A stretch of 64,000 bases of DNA, from NCBI GenBank assembly GCA_965644295.1, contig CBFFRP010000440.1, positions 11,032 through 75,031 on the forward strand, given 5' to 3'. The stretch's first letter is position 1; every line of letters begins with the position of its first letter. Both the position numbers and the translations under genes were made by a program. Shown one piece after another: positions 12,398 through 23,785 of this stretch. The notes below the pieces were generated by a model. The model saw only the letters and a program-made list of their open reading frames with translations, was not told the origin of the DNA and ran no database searches. Origin of the DNA: Paraphysomonas bandaiensis. Its lineage: Eukaryota; Protista; Chrysophyceae.

Positions 12398-13054
12398 AAT
12401 TCTCTGCCCTACGATGGCAAATACAGTCCAACATAAAGTTTCACTCTATTAACCAGCTCCAAGCCCAATGTCTCTATTGAGACTGTGGCTGAGTCACATC
12501 AGTGTGCCCAGGGCCTTTTACACTCCCTTACTGCTGCATTTTGTTGACCACCACGCTTCCGACAAATTACCTGTCACACCATGTTGTACACGCTCCAAGC
12601 CCCCCTGCCTGGCCTTGCAACCTTCACCCTACTCAACTACTTCAGTTAAACCACGTGCCTGCACCAATGCAGCGCTGACCGCACCTACGTGCTATCCTCT
12701 CAGCAGACAACTTCGTCTCACCCATCGCTTTCTACGGCTACAACCTCTCAGAACATGGCTCGTGCGAGCAGGCTCACGAAAACGACCCCCATGGACCCCC
12801 TATGCAATCACTGAATACTCTCGATCCCTCTCAACTGTGCAACAGGGCTGCCTTCTGCCGCCCACTCAGCCCAACCCAACATGGTTTGTCTGTGGTCCAT
12901 CCACCCAGCAGGCTACCCCCTCACCCTGTTCACCTATCACCCCCACAGCCCATCCATCTCATTGGATAGACACTGTATTCCGCATACGGTTTACTCGACT
13001 ACTGTACTACTGTGTCCTACAGGATGTATACCATTCCGTGTATACCTCTACTGC
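12398..13054 (+). mobile_element. Near-identical inverted copy of the first 657 bp of the element at 1-2259
   Basis: Reverse complement of 1603-2259 with only a handful of substitutions. ORF 12468-13082 is the same N-terminus, truncated. Confidence 0.95.
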
Positions 13055-13422
13055 CGTAGAGCTAAATGATGATTCGGTATAGAAGTCTTCGAGTGATGGA
13101 AATGAAAGTCAACGTGCACATTCGTTTTTGTCACAGTGATTATGTTTTCAGTTATTGTACATGTGTGACTCTGTAGGATACGAGTGAGAGTGTACAGTAG
13201 AACATGATCAGCTGTAGTATTATTGTGTTGTAGGGAGACACCATAATTTCCTATCACTAACGATTTCTGTAGTATTTGCAAAGAGACTTGTCTTTTGCCT
13301 ACCGGTAGTGTAGTTTGAACGGAGGACAACGGGCGAACTGGATCCGTGAGTGTTTGATTGATCCGTAGTATCAGTGTTGTATTTTCGATCCAAGTACGTA
13401 TTTCTCTACGTGATAGAAAATT

Positions 13423-14148
13423 ATGAAGAAGTCGAGCAACGAGAAGCTCAAGAAGTTTAGGAACAAGGCGTTGGACCAGCGGTCCAGGGGCCAAGGGGCA
13501 GAGGCATTGACCCCAACGGTGCCGATTCTGAAGTATGGGACGAACACCAACCTGGCGGTATTTAAGCAGAAGCTCACAGTGGCCGCCATGATGCTATTTG
13601 GTGACCTAGCGAGGCTCGTGGAGACCGATGAGTATTATGAACCACCCAAGATAAAGATTGAGGACTACGATCTCGATAATGACCCCCACGGTCTGAACCT
13701 GGAAGAACTTAAGGATGCGAGAAAGACACGCCAAAGGAAGATTGACCAAATGCGTGACAACAGATCAGCTTTCTATGCGTTCATGTATGACAGACTGAGC
13801 AACGAGTCCGTGGACGCGATTAAGCAATTGGAGGAATACGAAGAGATTAACTCCTCCAAGGACCCTCTACTGTTGTGGCTTGCTATCAAGCAGACTCACA
13901 AAACAGCGACGAACTCCAATGTAGGGACCATCATGCGTGCAGAGACGAGAAAGAAGTACCAAGACGTGCGTCAGGGTCCATTTGAGAGTATCGTGGCCTA
14001 TAAGGAGCGTTTCGATTTTCTTTTGGAAGCGTACAATGATATGGAGAATCCGAAGATGGAAGAAGAAGATATAGCTATGGACTTCTTCAGGGGTCTGGAC
14101 GACACCAGATATGAGGAGTTTCTTGTCCCGCCTCCCTCGTTTTTTTAA
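13423..14148 (+). mobile_element. Truncated Ty1/Copia-type gag
   Basis: Intronless ORF with gag-like motifs DPLLLWLAIKQTH, VRQGPFESIVAYKERF and DIAMDFFRGLDDTRY. Breaks off at ~14120 with no pol. Confidence 0.75.
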
Positions 14149-14249
14149 TCATTGTTTTGTATGTTGGATGGCAGAAGGAGATTCTGATGTATGTATGTAT
14201 GATGGATTTTCATTCTCTTGGATGAAATTACTGGAATAATAGTTTCCTA

Positions 14250-14400
14250 AGAGCGAAAGTGGTTGCGCCATGGTGCTTGCGGTGACGCACAAGCAGCTTT
14301 CGTAGACGAGTTAAATAGTAGGATGTCAGATTTAAGCACTAGGTAGTTAAATTGCAATGCTAAATTAGTTCTGAATCTTACAAGCCTACTGCTAATTGCT
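14250..14400 (+). mobile_element. 5'-truncated copy (3' tail) of the short retroposon family
   Basis: gagcgaaagtggttgcgccatggtgcttgcggtgacgcacaagcagctttcgtag...gctaaattagttctgaatctt matches the reverse complement of ~17680-17806. Confidence 0.85.
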
Positions 14401-14590
14401 AATAATGAGACACTCACTACTATAGTTTGCTAGAATTACTTGGATTTACAACACTGTTGAAAATTTCGATTTCACTTGTATGTGAAAGAAAATGCTACAA
14501 TAAATTCGGCCTATTCCCACGCCACACTACAGACGAGTGCACTGAAGTATGCTGCCAAAAAATATGCTGAATAGAATATATTTAGTACAC

Positions 14591-15465
14591 TTAAAATACA
14601 GCTTCTGCTTCATTATCACTCCCTCCATAACCATCATCCGATGCATAGTGATCCACACCGTAGTCATCATCTAACTCCAATTCATCTGCTGCGCCAGCAT
14701 CGTCCTCGCCCTACATTAAAGTGTCAATCATACTATGACACATGCATGTCATATTCACCTCTGAGGCATCATCCGCTTTCTCGTCCTCCCCCTGTCCGCT
14801 TTTGTTGGACAAACCTGATTTTTCCACCTGTTCCAGATGGCTAAGACTCAACAAATCTTCCCCTCCTTTCTCTAAACTGCTTCTGCTCTTCTTTGTCGAT
14901 CCCCGTAACTTCTTACCGACAACATTCCTAATCGCAAAACTGTCAGGTGTATGATATCAATCGTGGTTTCACTCACGATGGGTTCAGCAAATCGTACGGA
15001 ATGTACCGCTTTTTTAACAAAGTTCGCGCGGATATGAAGTCAAAAATATCTGTTTCCTTTCCATTCCTGAGGCACTACTCACAACACTATATTTCATTCC
15101 AAGGCACATTACCTCCTATACTTGTCCGAGTATCGCATTATATCCTTCTCCTGCTTTTTTTGGGTCAAGAAATACGGAGATGTTTGAAATCTGTTGGCGG
15201 TATAAACACAAAGTCGATTAAAATACACGTAAACCAACCTGTGTGTAATTTCTTGCATCCTCTTCACCATCATCGTCTCGTTATCTGTCAACTTGGTTGC
15301 CTGTTGCAGAGATATAGGGGGATATAGCGGAGGGGGCCCATTCTCCTGTAAAGAGAACTGCTGCTCTAAGCCCAGGTCTTCTAAATTGTCTCGAAGTAAA
15401 TCCTGTGTGGCGCTTCCACGACCTCCTCTCCCTCTCCCTCTACCACGACCTCTTCCTCTACTCAT
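14591..15465 (-). CDS. POLR3G: RNA polymerase III subunit RPC31/RPC7 (multi-exon)
   Basis: MSRGRGRGRG start, GPPPLYPP, SPYFL, DIMRYSDKYR, acidic tail DDDYGVDHYASDDGYGGSDNEAEAVF* (stop 14591-14593). Confidence 0.88.
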
Positions 15466-16241
15466 ACTAACACAGTTCAGATATATATACTACACTACGA
15501 CAACACTGAGCTGAGCAGTCAGCAGAGGCATGTGCAGTGTGCTGAGTTGATATGTATGGACTGCATATGTGAAACTTTACTGGGTTTTTGGGCTTATAAA
15601 ACCCCTCTGTGAATATTACTGTAAAATCCATAGGAACTCCGACTTGATAATGCATAGAGCTTCACATAAAAACTGGCACTTTTCTTTACGAAAACCCCCA
15701 TAATAAAGTAGAATTATACAATACGATAGTTGTGTATGTATCTTCTGAGCACTGTGTGAGTATCATAAACGACACAGAATCACACACAGACACTCCAGTA
15801 AGGCTTGAACCACCCCTCAAATGAAGAGAAAGAGGCCATAGAACCCCGTCTGGATACTCTAGAGGACACACGTGATGACATGAGGGGTCATGACCAGACA
15901 TAAGCTGACTGGTAGTCTCCCCTTTTCACATCCACGAGTGTTTGCCTCAGATCGATTGATAGAACTAGAGATGCATGCACTGCTTGTGATAGAGGGGGTC
16001 CTACACAGGCACTGCAGTTAGGAGAACATTCCCAATCTGAAGAGTCTTTTTAGTTGCAGTGCCTAAAGTTGAGCGAGAAATGGATAGTAGCATGCTCCAT
16101 GCATAGCACACTCTACATTCAATAGCATATCACCACAATTACTGCAGAGATATCTTATTGAACCTAGTCAACACGATTCTAATAGACTTGGTTTCGTAAA
16201 TGTAATAAATGATTCGAACTAGAGTCAACTTTAAGTTTTAA

Positions 16242-16300
16242 ATGTATGTATGTATGTATGTATGTATGTATGTATGTATGTATGTATGTATGTATGTATG

Positions 16301-16330
<30 letters not shown>
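16242..16330. repeat. (ATGT)n microsatellite
   Basis: About 22 perfect tetranucleotide units. Confidence 0.97.
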
Positions 16331-16331
<1 letters not shown>

Positions 16332-17259
16332 GTTTGTATGTATGTTATGCTGGTTGTTATAGTGTAATATAGAATAGTGTATTATGTCATATCATAATAT
16401 AGAGTACTAGCAATGAGTCACGGTGGTTGTGAAGGATGTGTGACTTGAGAAGTGGTGACAGCGATGAGAGGGAGGCAGTAACATTATGATACTCCAATGC
16501 GATACCAGTGCAGAGTATGAGCCCATATTATTCGACTATGACAATGGAGTTGAGATATGAGCACCTTCATATGATATTATGAATTAGAGCTTATGTATGG
16601 GTGACGTGTATGTGAAGAGGGTATATTAATCGTCATCCGCTGGATGCTATTATAGTTAGGCGCTGACTGCTCTGTGTGGGCATTAGTCGGACGGAGAGAC
16701 TATGAATAACGGTATACAGGGCAATTGGATGGGGTAACGGCTCGAATCAAATACGAGGAAGAAGCTCAGTATATGTGTGAGTTAGTGTCCTGCTTGTTGT
16801 GTCTGTTGGGGCGGGTTTACGGTAGATGCTAGAGTAGATTATCTCATGCTAAGATAATCTATAGGAGTTTATGTGCATGAGCAATATGTGAGCTTAACTA
16901 TGGAGCTGCTTGGTCCACTTCACCAGAACCTGTAGGAGGATAGAGGATATAAAATGGGTGGCCTGGGTTTCTATCTGCTAACAATGAGGATAGCACAAAC
17001 GGCGCGACTTCAATAGGAGATTTGGCATATATACCATATATCGATGGTAGTAATGATCGTTATGTAGATGCACAGCAACCGAAGTCGGAATCATGTGTTA
17101 AATGTCTTTATTAGAATCTCTTTGGTGTTCTCTACTTTTTAGAATGGAAATTTATTTGAGCAAGTTCTTTGGATGATGCTGCTGCCATCATCAATGTCAC
17201 CTAACTTGTGTCTACAAGGCTATCATGTATGCCTGGATGTCTTCATAAATTAGGCTCCT

Positions 17260-17510
17260 CGAAATTAGTTTAGGACTCAGAATTAATTTAGCAAACTAAT
17301 TTAACTAACTAGTGCTTAACTCTAATATCCTACTATCTATCTAGTGCGGGGCCTCTAGACGTCTACACAAGTGATACTAAGTAGTGTCCCTTGTACCACA
17401 CAAGCATTTGGCTATGAGTGGGAAAAGCAATTTCTGCTGACTATATGCGGCTCACGTTAGTTTCCCGAAAAAATATCCCCTTCTTATCGCCCAGAGCTCC
17501 GACTTTGTTT
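17260..17510 (-). mobile_element. Internally deleted copy of the short retroposon family
   Basis: Minus strand has aacaaagtcgga...gggaaactaacgtgagccgc...gtggtacaaggg...cacttgtgtagacgtct joined directly to the tail atagtaggatattagagttaagcactag. Confidence 0.8.
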
Positions 17511-17514
17511 AGAG

Positions 17515-17591
17515 CAATTATTACGTATATTCTATGCAACTTAATTGCAACTACAATTACTTGCAATTCAATTAATTGTTACGCAGCCCCG
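17515..17591. mobile_element. hAT-like MITE end
   Basis: caattaattgttacgcagccccg terminus. Internal attattacgtatatt is also present near 33856. Confidence 0.55.
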
Positions 17592-17639
17592 ATGTTGAAT
17601 GAAGGCCTCTCTACAATGTCGTAGCTAATGTATATACGG

Positions 17640-18204
17640 TTTAATTTAAGCAGTGCATGTTTTACTAGTAGCAATGGACCTGCAAGATTCAGAACTAATT
17701 TAGCAAAGCTATTATCTAACTAGTGCTTTTAACTCTGTCTACTATTAAAGCTACGAACGCTGCTTGTGCGTCACCGCAAGCACCAGGGTGCAGCCGCTTT
17801 CGCTCTATCACTCGAAGCAAACGCAGTCAGCAAGCACAATGTTGCTATACCTGACATCTGCTGACTTCAGGATCTTAGAGTCCTTAAGGTGAACAGCCCG
17901 GATGCTTGACTTCAGCAGGCAGACCTATACCCCGGTTGCCCATCAGGTAGGTCCAGTCCCGGTTACCCTTGAGGTGAGCCCATTCCCGGATGCCTGTTTA
18001 TAATTCGCCAAGGTCCAAAGACGTCTGCACAAGTGACACTTACTTGTTTTCCCTTGTATACCACACCAGCATTAGGCTATGAGTGGGCAGAACATTACCT
18101 GCGGACTATATATATGCGGCTCACGTTAGTTTCCGGAGAAATATCTCCGGTACTTATTCCATAGAACGCCAGGTAAAGGTGCGAGTCCGACTTTGTTGAG
18201 GGAA
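17640..18204 (-). mobile_element. Apparently full-length (~560 bp) non-coding short retroposon
   Basis: Minus strand runs from ccctcaacaaagtcggactcgcacc to tgcttgcggtgacgcacaagcag...aattagttctgaatctt; collinear with 34287-34730. No ORF and no terminal inverted repeats seen. Confidence 0.85.
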
Positions 18205-18239
18205 CAGCAATAGTATGACACACACAATCCTAATAAACA

Positions 18240-18627
18240 CGAACCCTAAATGAACTCCCTAAATAAATCATCTTCAGTATCAGATGTGATATTTGAGCTC
18301 TCCAGTAATATTCTGGAAGTATCGTTGCGAAGTTATGGCTATAAAGATAGATTACTTACACTTGATCTTCTACAGAAGTCGAAGGGTGGAGTACAACTTG
18401 GAGTGCTTGATTATTTGCTCTTGAAAGTTGACTCATCATTGTGGTTTCCCTAAAATTGTGTAATTATAAATAAATCACTTCCAAATTACTGTCAACATTA
18501 TAATTAAGATAAGAGATAGTTTATGTTCGAACCGAATATTGAAATTGAATGTCTATATCTGCCCGGTGTTAATATGAGCATTCTGTTGAACCCAATTCGG
18601 GTCAAAAAGAACATTTTTCAGACAAAT
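18240..18627 (-). repeat. Partial inverted copy of the ~1.2-kb dispersed repeat
   Basis: Reverse complement aligns to ~2315-2720 and ~55863-56265. Confidence 0.8.
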
Positions 18628-18860
18628 AAGGATGATAAAGGTATATTATATTTAGTTTAGAATTGTGCCTTGATCTATATCAAGGCCAACATTATTCAAT
18701 CGATATACGCTCTCTAGCTCAACTATAGTCTATAGGCTTACATCTTGCTAATATGAAAATCGTAAACACACTTTGGTGGTATAGCTCAGAGTTTAGAGTA
18801 AAATCTAAGCGATTCTAATATATATACTATATATCATATCGAGGCATTCGAAAATATACT

Positions 18861-21497
18861 TTACACGTCGTCCTCGCCCTCATCATCATCGAACAAAAAT
18901 ATATCGTCATTTTCTCGCACATCGTCCTGTGATGCATCTGCACCCCTACTAGGAATGCTACTGCCACTATTCATACTCCTTAGACTGCTCAGTTTACTGC
19001 CATCCTCGGACATTACAATGCTGAAGGCAAGTGCCTCTAATTCACGAAGACCACCTCCAGTCAATAATAAAAAAGGCTCAGCTTTCCTGTGACTGTATTT
19101 TAAAACAATAAGATCACAAATATGCGGATAATTACCTCGAGGCAGAATTCGAAATTGAATTCAAAATATATATTGGTCCCGGATGCCCCGGTGTCTTCAA
19201 AAACGCCTTTACATCTGCATCATCCACAGCCTAAGGGCATTTAGTGCACTGTTACACACTCTGTAGCAATTACCTGACGCACTGAAGTTTTGGTTTGCAT
19301 TTGTCCCCAATCAGACTCGTCCGATAAAATATGACGGCGCCTCTGCTTCCACAATATACTTTGAAGCACCTTGGTGTACTTGTTTCCGCCACTTCTCTGC
19401 CACGACTGTGCTCTGTTGTAGTTACGCTTTCCTGTCATATTAATTACCGACAGCTAGCAGAAAATATTGCATGTTGTGCTCACCAGGTGATCGAGTGTCC
19501 ACCAGGTTCTCAATATGCCGCTGCTGATTCATTAGCGTTTTATACACTTGCTGCTTTTGTGACATCAGCGCTGATAGATTGTTGTACACCTGACAAGTAG
19601 CCAAATTATAAAACTACCATTGTTGGCAGAATCCAAACCTCATCCAGTTTTTGAACAGTCACCCCGAAGAATTTCGTTTTTTTCATTTTGCTGACTGCAC
19701 TACGTTCACTCAGACTGATCTCATTGTTGCGAGTAATACGCGTTTTCACCAACAGCTTTTGAAGAGACAGCCACAATATCTGCATCAGCGGTCAGCGAAA
19801 TCGTAAACCCAATGCAGAGCTCACCAGAATTCTGGCATTCTGACATTCCAAGAAACTCCTCACCCACCGCTGAATCTTAACGACACGAGCTCGATAGCGA
19901 TACACTTTTTGTGTCCTGTCGCTTACCCCACCGATATCAACCAAAAACCTCTGTACCAGACAAATCACTACCAGCGACACAACTCTGCTCACTCAGAATT
20001 CTCACCTGAATCATGTCTATCGCAGTTGACCTCTCTCCAACCTTACGTCGCCTCCAGTATACCATCACCGCAACTCGGATCTTTGCAAGGGATTCGGGGT
20101 TCCTCCGCATCTTCGATATAACACGGTGACTCTTCCAGAAACTGGGCATTCCACACCAATCATTACATAGTTCACAAACAACGAGAATAGACTCACAGTT
20201 CTATTCTTCGGATCGCACCCCGTTGCACCTTACGAACAGCTTTTTTAAATCTCGCTAAGCGCTTGTTCTCGAGAGCCGCCGCCAGTTTCCTTTTGTTTCG
20301 TCAACATTATCACGGGAAATAAAATACAATTAACCTGGTTCTAAGAAGAGTGGCCAATATAACAAGCCACATATTCTGTCTGTTTCGCAGGGATACAAGC
20401 TGAGTACGCTCAACGCTCCTACGCTTCTTATCCTCGATTAACATCGCCCGACGCTGCTCTTCTTCACATATGAGGTCGTCGCGTTTTCTAAGAATACTGT
20501 CTCTCTCCACTAACGATGACCTGACAACAACGATGAAATTAGTGCGTGAAGAAGAGATGATATACCTGGACTCCCTTCTTGAAGCCACCGTGCGAACATC
20601 ACTAAGGCGCAGATTCTTCGGGGGGCCCGGGCTGTGAGGTCTATTCCCTGGTTGAGGAATTTCCAACGGCACTAGCCCACCACCTCTCCTAGGGTTTTCA
20701 TTAACCTCTTTTCTATGCTGCGCTTCACCCCCTGGGCAAGTGTCTCCGCTGTCTGAGAAAGGAGCCTTCTCTGACAAGCAGGCGGAGTTTTCCATAGACC
20801 GTGCCTGCCGAATACGTCGAGCCTTTACTCTGTTAGAACAATCCTGCATCTTGCAGCTCTCGGTTGACATTATCTCCGATATTATGCTGGCAGAAATAGG
20901 TCTCAGATTGGCAGCGTTCTTTTTGGCTGTGGCCTCTTCCTCGTGTCGCCGCTCCTATGTTACTTTATTAACACAGCCTATATCATTACCCTCACTACAC
21001 CATACCGGAGAGGTCTTTACTCTATGATGGTATGCACTTTGGGCTTCCTTATATATGTCTTCAACATTGTGCAGTACAATCGGTGCTTCATTTTTATATG
21101 ATAAGGAGGGGCTACATATGCAACGCAGAGTTAAAACCAGACTACGAATATAGACAGAGTCGTACACTTTATTCGGTGGCTTCTTCAAAGTCTTCGGGGA
21201 GCTTTTATCGGGTGTGGTGGGGCGACCAACCTTCCGAATCAACCGAAGAGCTGTTGCCTGATAAAGCAGTTAGGCACTCGTCTGATATGTAATGCTCCTC
21301 ACAATATTCGCCTCTCGCTGTCTGCTCATGGCATCCCCCAGAGTCAGTTCACTGGCAGCATCAGATGCATTCCCTATAGAGGCTTTTCTACTGCCGTTAG
21401 ATGATCCATATGCACTGGAAGCTGCTACTGCAGTGCTTCTCTTTCGTGATGATGTGCCGATCTGACTGATGATTATCTCTGGTGTATTAGTGTCCAT
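18861..21497 (-). CDS. Multi-exon protein of unknown function with IQ-like calmodulin-binding motif(s)
   Basis: Chain of minus-strand ORFs separated by short GT-AG introns. VVKIQRWVRSFLECQNAR fits IQxxxRxxxxR. Basic helical middle and acidic tail. Exon structure approximate. Confidence 0.7.
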
Positions 21498-21882
21498 ATC
21501 AGTGGATTCAGAGTGTGACTAATATCTCATCTCAGATGGTGGCAGTGCGGCAGTGTAGTTAAGTTTATGTTATGTATGGTAAGTATGTATGTGTATGTGT
21601 GTATAGTGTACAGCCTATTGATAATATAGCGCTGAAGTTGCTCTATCCCTACGATCCAATCGAGGTCAGGCTATATGTGTATATGTAGGATGTAAGGGGG
21701 AGAAGTGAAGTGAAGTGTGGTGTTGTATTCGATGCATCCTTCTGCTTGAATGCATTATTGTTCTGCGGTTTCGAAGCACTTCATTCGCTAACCATTGGCG
21801 GTATAGCTACCGTCATACCGCATACAGAGTATACGTTCGTACGAATGCAATATACATACACAGTACCTACGTACATGTGGCG

Positions 21883-21939
21883 GTACATCTCATCTACAGC
21901 AGTACATCTCATCTACAGCAGTACATCTCATGTACAGCA
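21883..21939. repeat. 19-bp tandem repeat x3 in a divergent promoter region
   Basis: Unit gtacatctcatctacagca. Confidence 0.8.
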
Positions 21940-22084
21940 GCAGTATACAGCACCGGGAGATGTACCGGTGTACTCTCCGCGCATCATAACACACACAGTT
22001 ACATCATATAGTACTTAAGTAATTCCCATGTATGCATGATACAGAGCCATACATCTCCTTCAATTTTCATCTCGTTGATCTCTA

Positions 22085-23195
22085 ATGGCATTAAAGGGAA
22101 ACAAAGGGTCAAATGATATCGCCAAAACCCTCATGACATATTCGAAGAAGACGAATTATCCAGACGTGGCTCTTCCTAATGTACGCGTCTATCTACTTGT
22201 TCATATTGGAGTAGTTATTGTTTATACGCAGGAGAACTGGACCCCCCTTCAGTTCGCATGTGCTATAGGTTAGATTAACGTGCTATTCTCATTATAACAA
22301 CAGTGAGTTATATACTTACATACATACATACATACAGGGGACTTGTCGTGTGCACAGTATCTGATAGAATCAAAAAAAGTTGACTTCTGCAAGTACAGTG
22401 AGGTCTGTATGTTTTGAACTCTTGCTATACCTGACACTTTGATAGAGTAAAGCTGTCCCAATGATGAGCCCTATCCATATCTGTGCACTTCACGGACATG
22501 TCGATATATTGCTTCTACTTGCTAATTCCGCTACTGTAGATGTTCAAGATCAGGTACATCCTTGCCATTGTAGTGTTGTATTTTTGTCATATTATTGTGC
22601 CACAGTGGGGATTTACTCCTTTACACTATGCGGTGTATGGCAGGGCGATATCGGCCGTCAAGTGTCTCTTAGAATTTGGGGCAGATGCCACCATATGCAG
22701 CAAGGTAAATCTACAAGTGATACCCTCATATTGTTCATCTTACGATATCTCATGTACGAGTGCAGTCCGGAAGCTCTCCCTTACAAATAGCGCAGGAGCT
22801 CCGCTTCCATGACATAGCAGATGTTCTTGCATCCAGAGTTAATATAGCGGAAGGTATTCGTGCAGATGTGATTCTTTTTATTCTAATCGCGGAAATTAGA
22901 CCCCTCAGCACCACAATTTAGAGAGTGGTTACGTTGCCTTGGTGCAGGATCATACACTTCTAGTTTCTTCGGTGCTGGATACGACCTTGCTTTCATTGCA
23001 AAGCATGGACTCAGCGATGAAGATCTCGACTGTGTGGGCATTCCATCTACTCAAATGGGTTTGCGGAGGAAGCTGAAAGCCCTCCACAAAATCGATCGTT
23101 TCGCGCCAGCAGCTGATGGTGCAGATGAAAGTGTGGCTGACAGTGAGGAAGAGGAGTCAAGTGGTGGTGAATCTGATGGAAGCGAAGAGAGTTAG
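22085..23195 (+). CDS. Small ankyrin-repeat + SAM-domain protein (multi-exon)
   Basis: WTPLQFACAIG, SPIHICALHGHVDIL, GFTPLHYAVYG...CLLEFGAD, then the SAM-like FREWLRCLGAGSYTSSFFGAGYDL...LSDEDLDCVGIPSTQMGLRRKL. Acidic tail, stop 23193-23195. Confidence 0.85.
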
Positions 23196-23785
23196 TTGTA
23201 GGTTTTGTTCGTGTATATTTGCAATTTATTTTAGCTTGACTTTGTAGTATGTTATAATAAGCGTGTAGTTACGTAGTATTTAAAAGCTGTATTTTTTCTA
23301 CAAAACTGCATATGCATAGAAGTTATTTCACAACAATAGTACGGCTGTATTTTAAGTAAATAGTATTGTGATACTCCGTGAAAATTCCTGCCACGAGCGT
23401 CATGCTTTAATAAAATCTACATAGATGGCGTGGTACTACAAATATGATTTCTTAGAGGTGAAAAATAACACTCTGGACACTATGATCTTCAGTATAAAAA
23501 GCAAGGAAGGTGGTCCATATTTTCAGCTTTCAGTATGTCAATTTCTAGTCATGGCACTTCGCCGTACATGTGTATACATGCTCCACTAAGAACACTTTTT
23601 TTCAATTGCAAAAATGTAGTCATTAATTTCTACGAAAGGCGCTAATGTTGCAGCTCTATGTTGAACGAAGCCAAATATTAAACCAATTATTACAGGCAAC
23701 CTTGACACTCTAAACACCACATCGTAGTTTTTTTGGGTATATAAATGGTCCTAACATCTAATTCAAATATCCAAACTAATTAAAA

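Noticed and set aside
16400-17220. Possible highly decayed reverse transcriptase (ADD-like and GGLG-like words)
   Set aside because: The motifs lie on opposite strands with no sustained reading frame; too weak to call.
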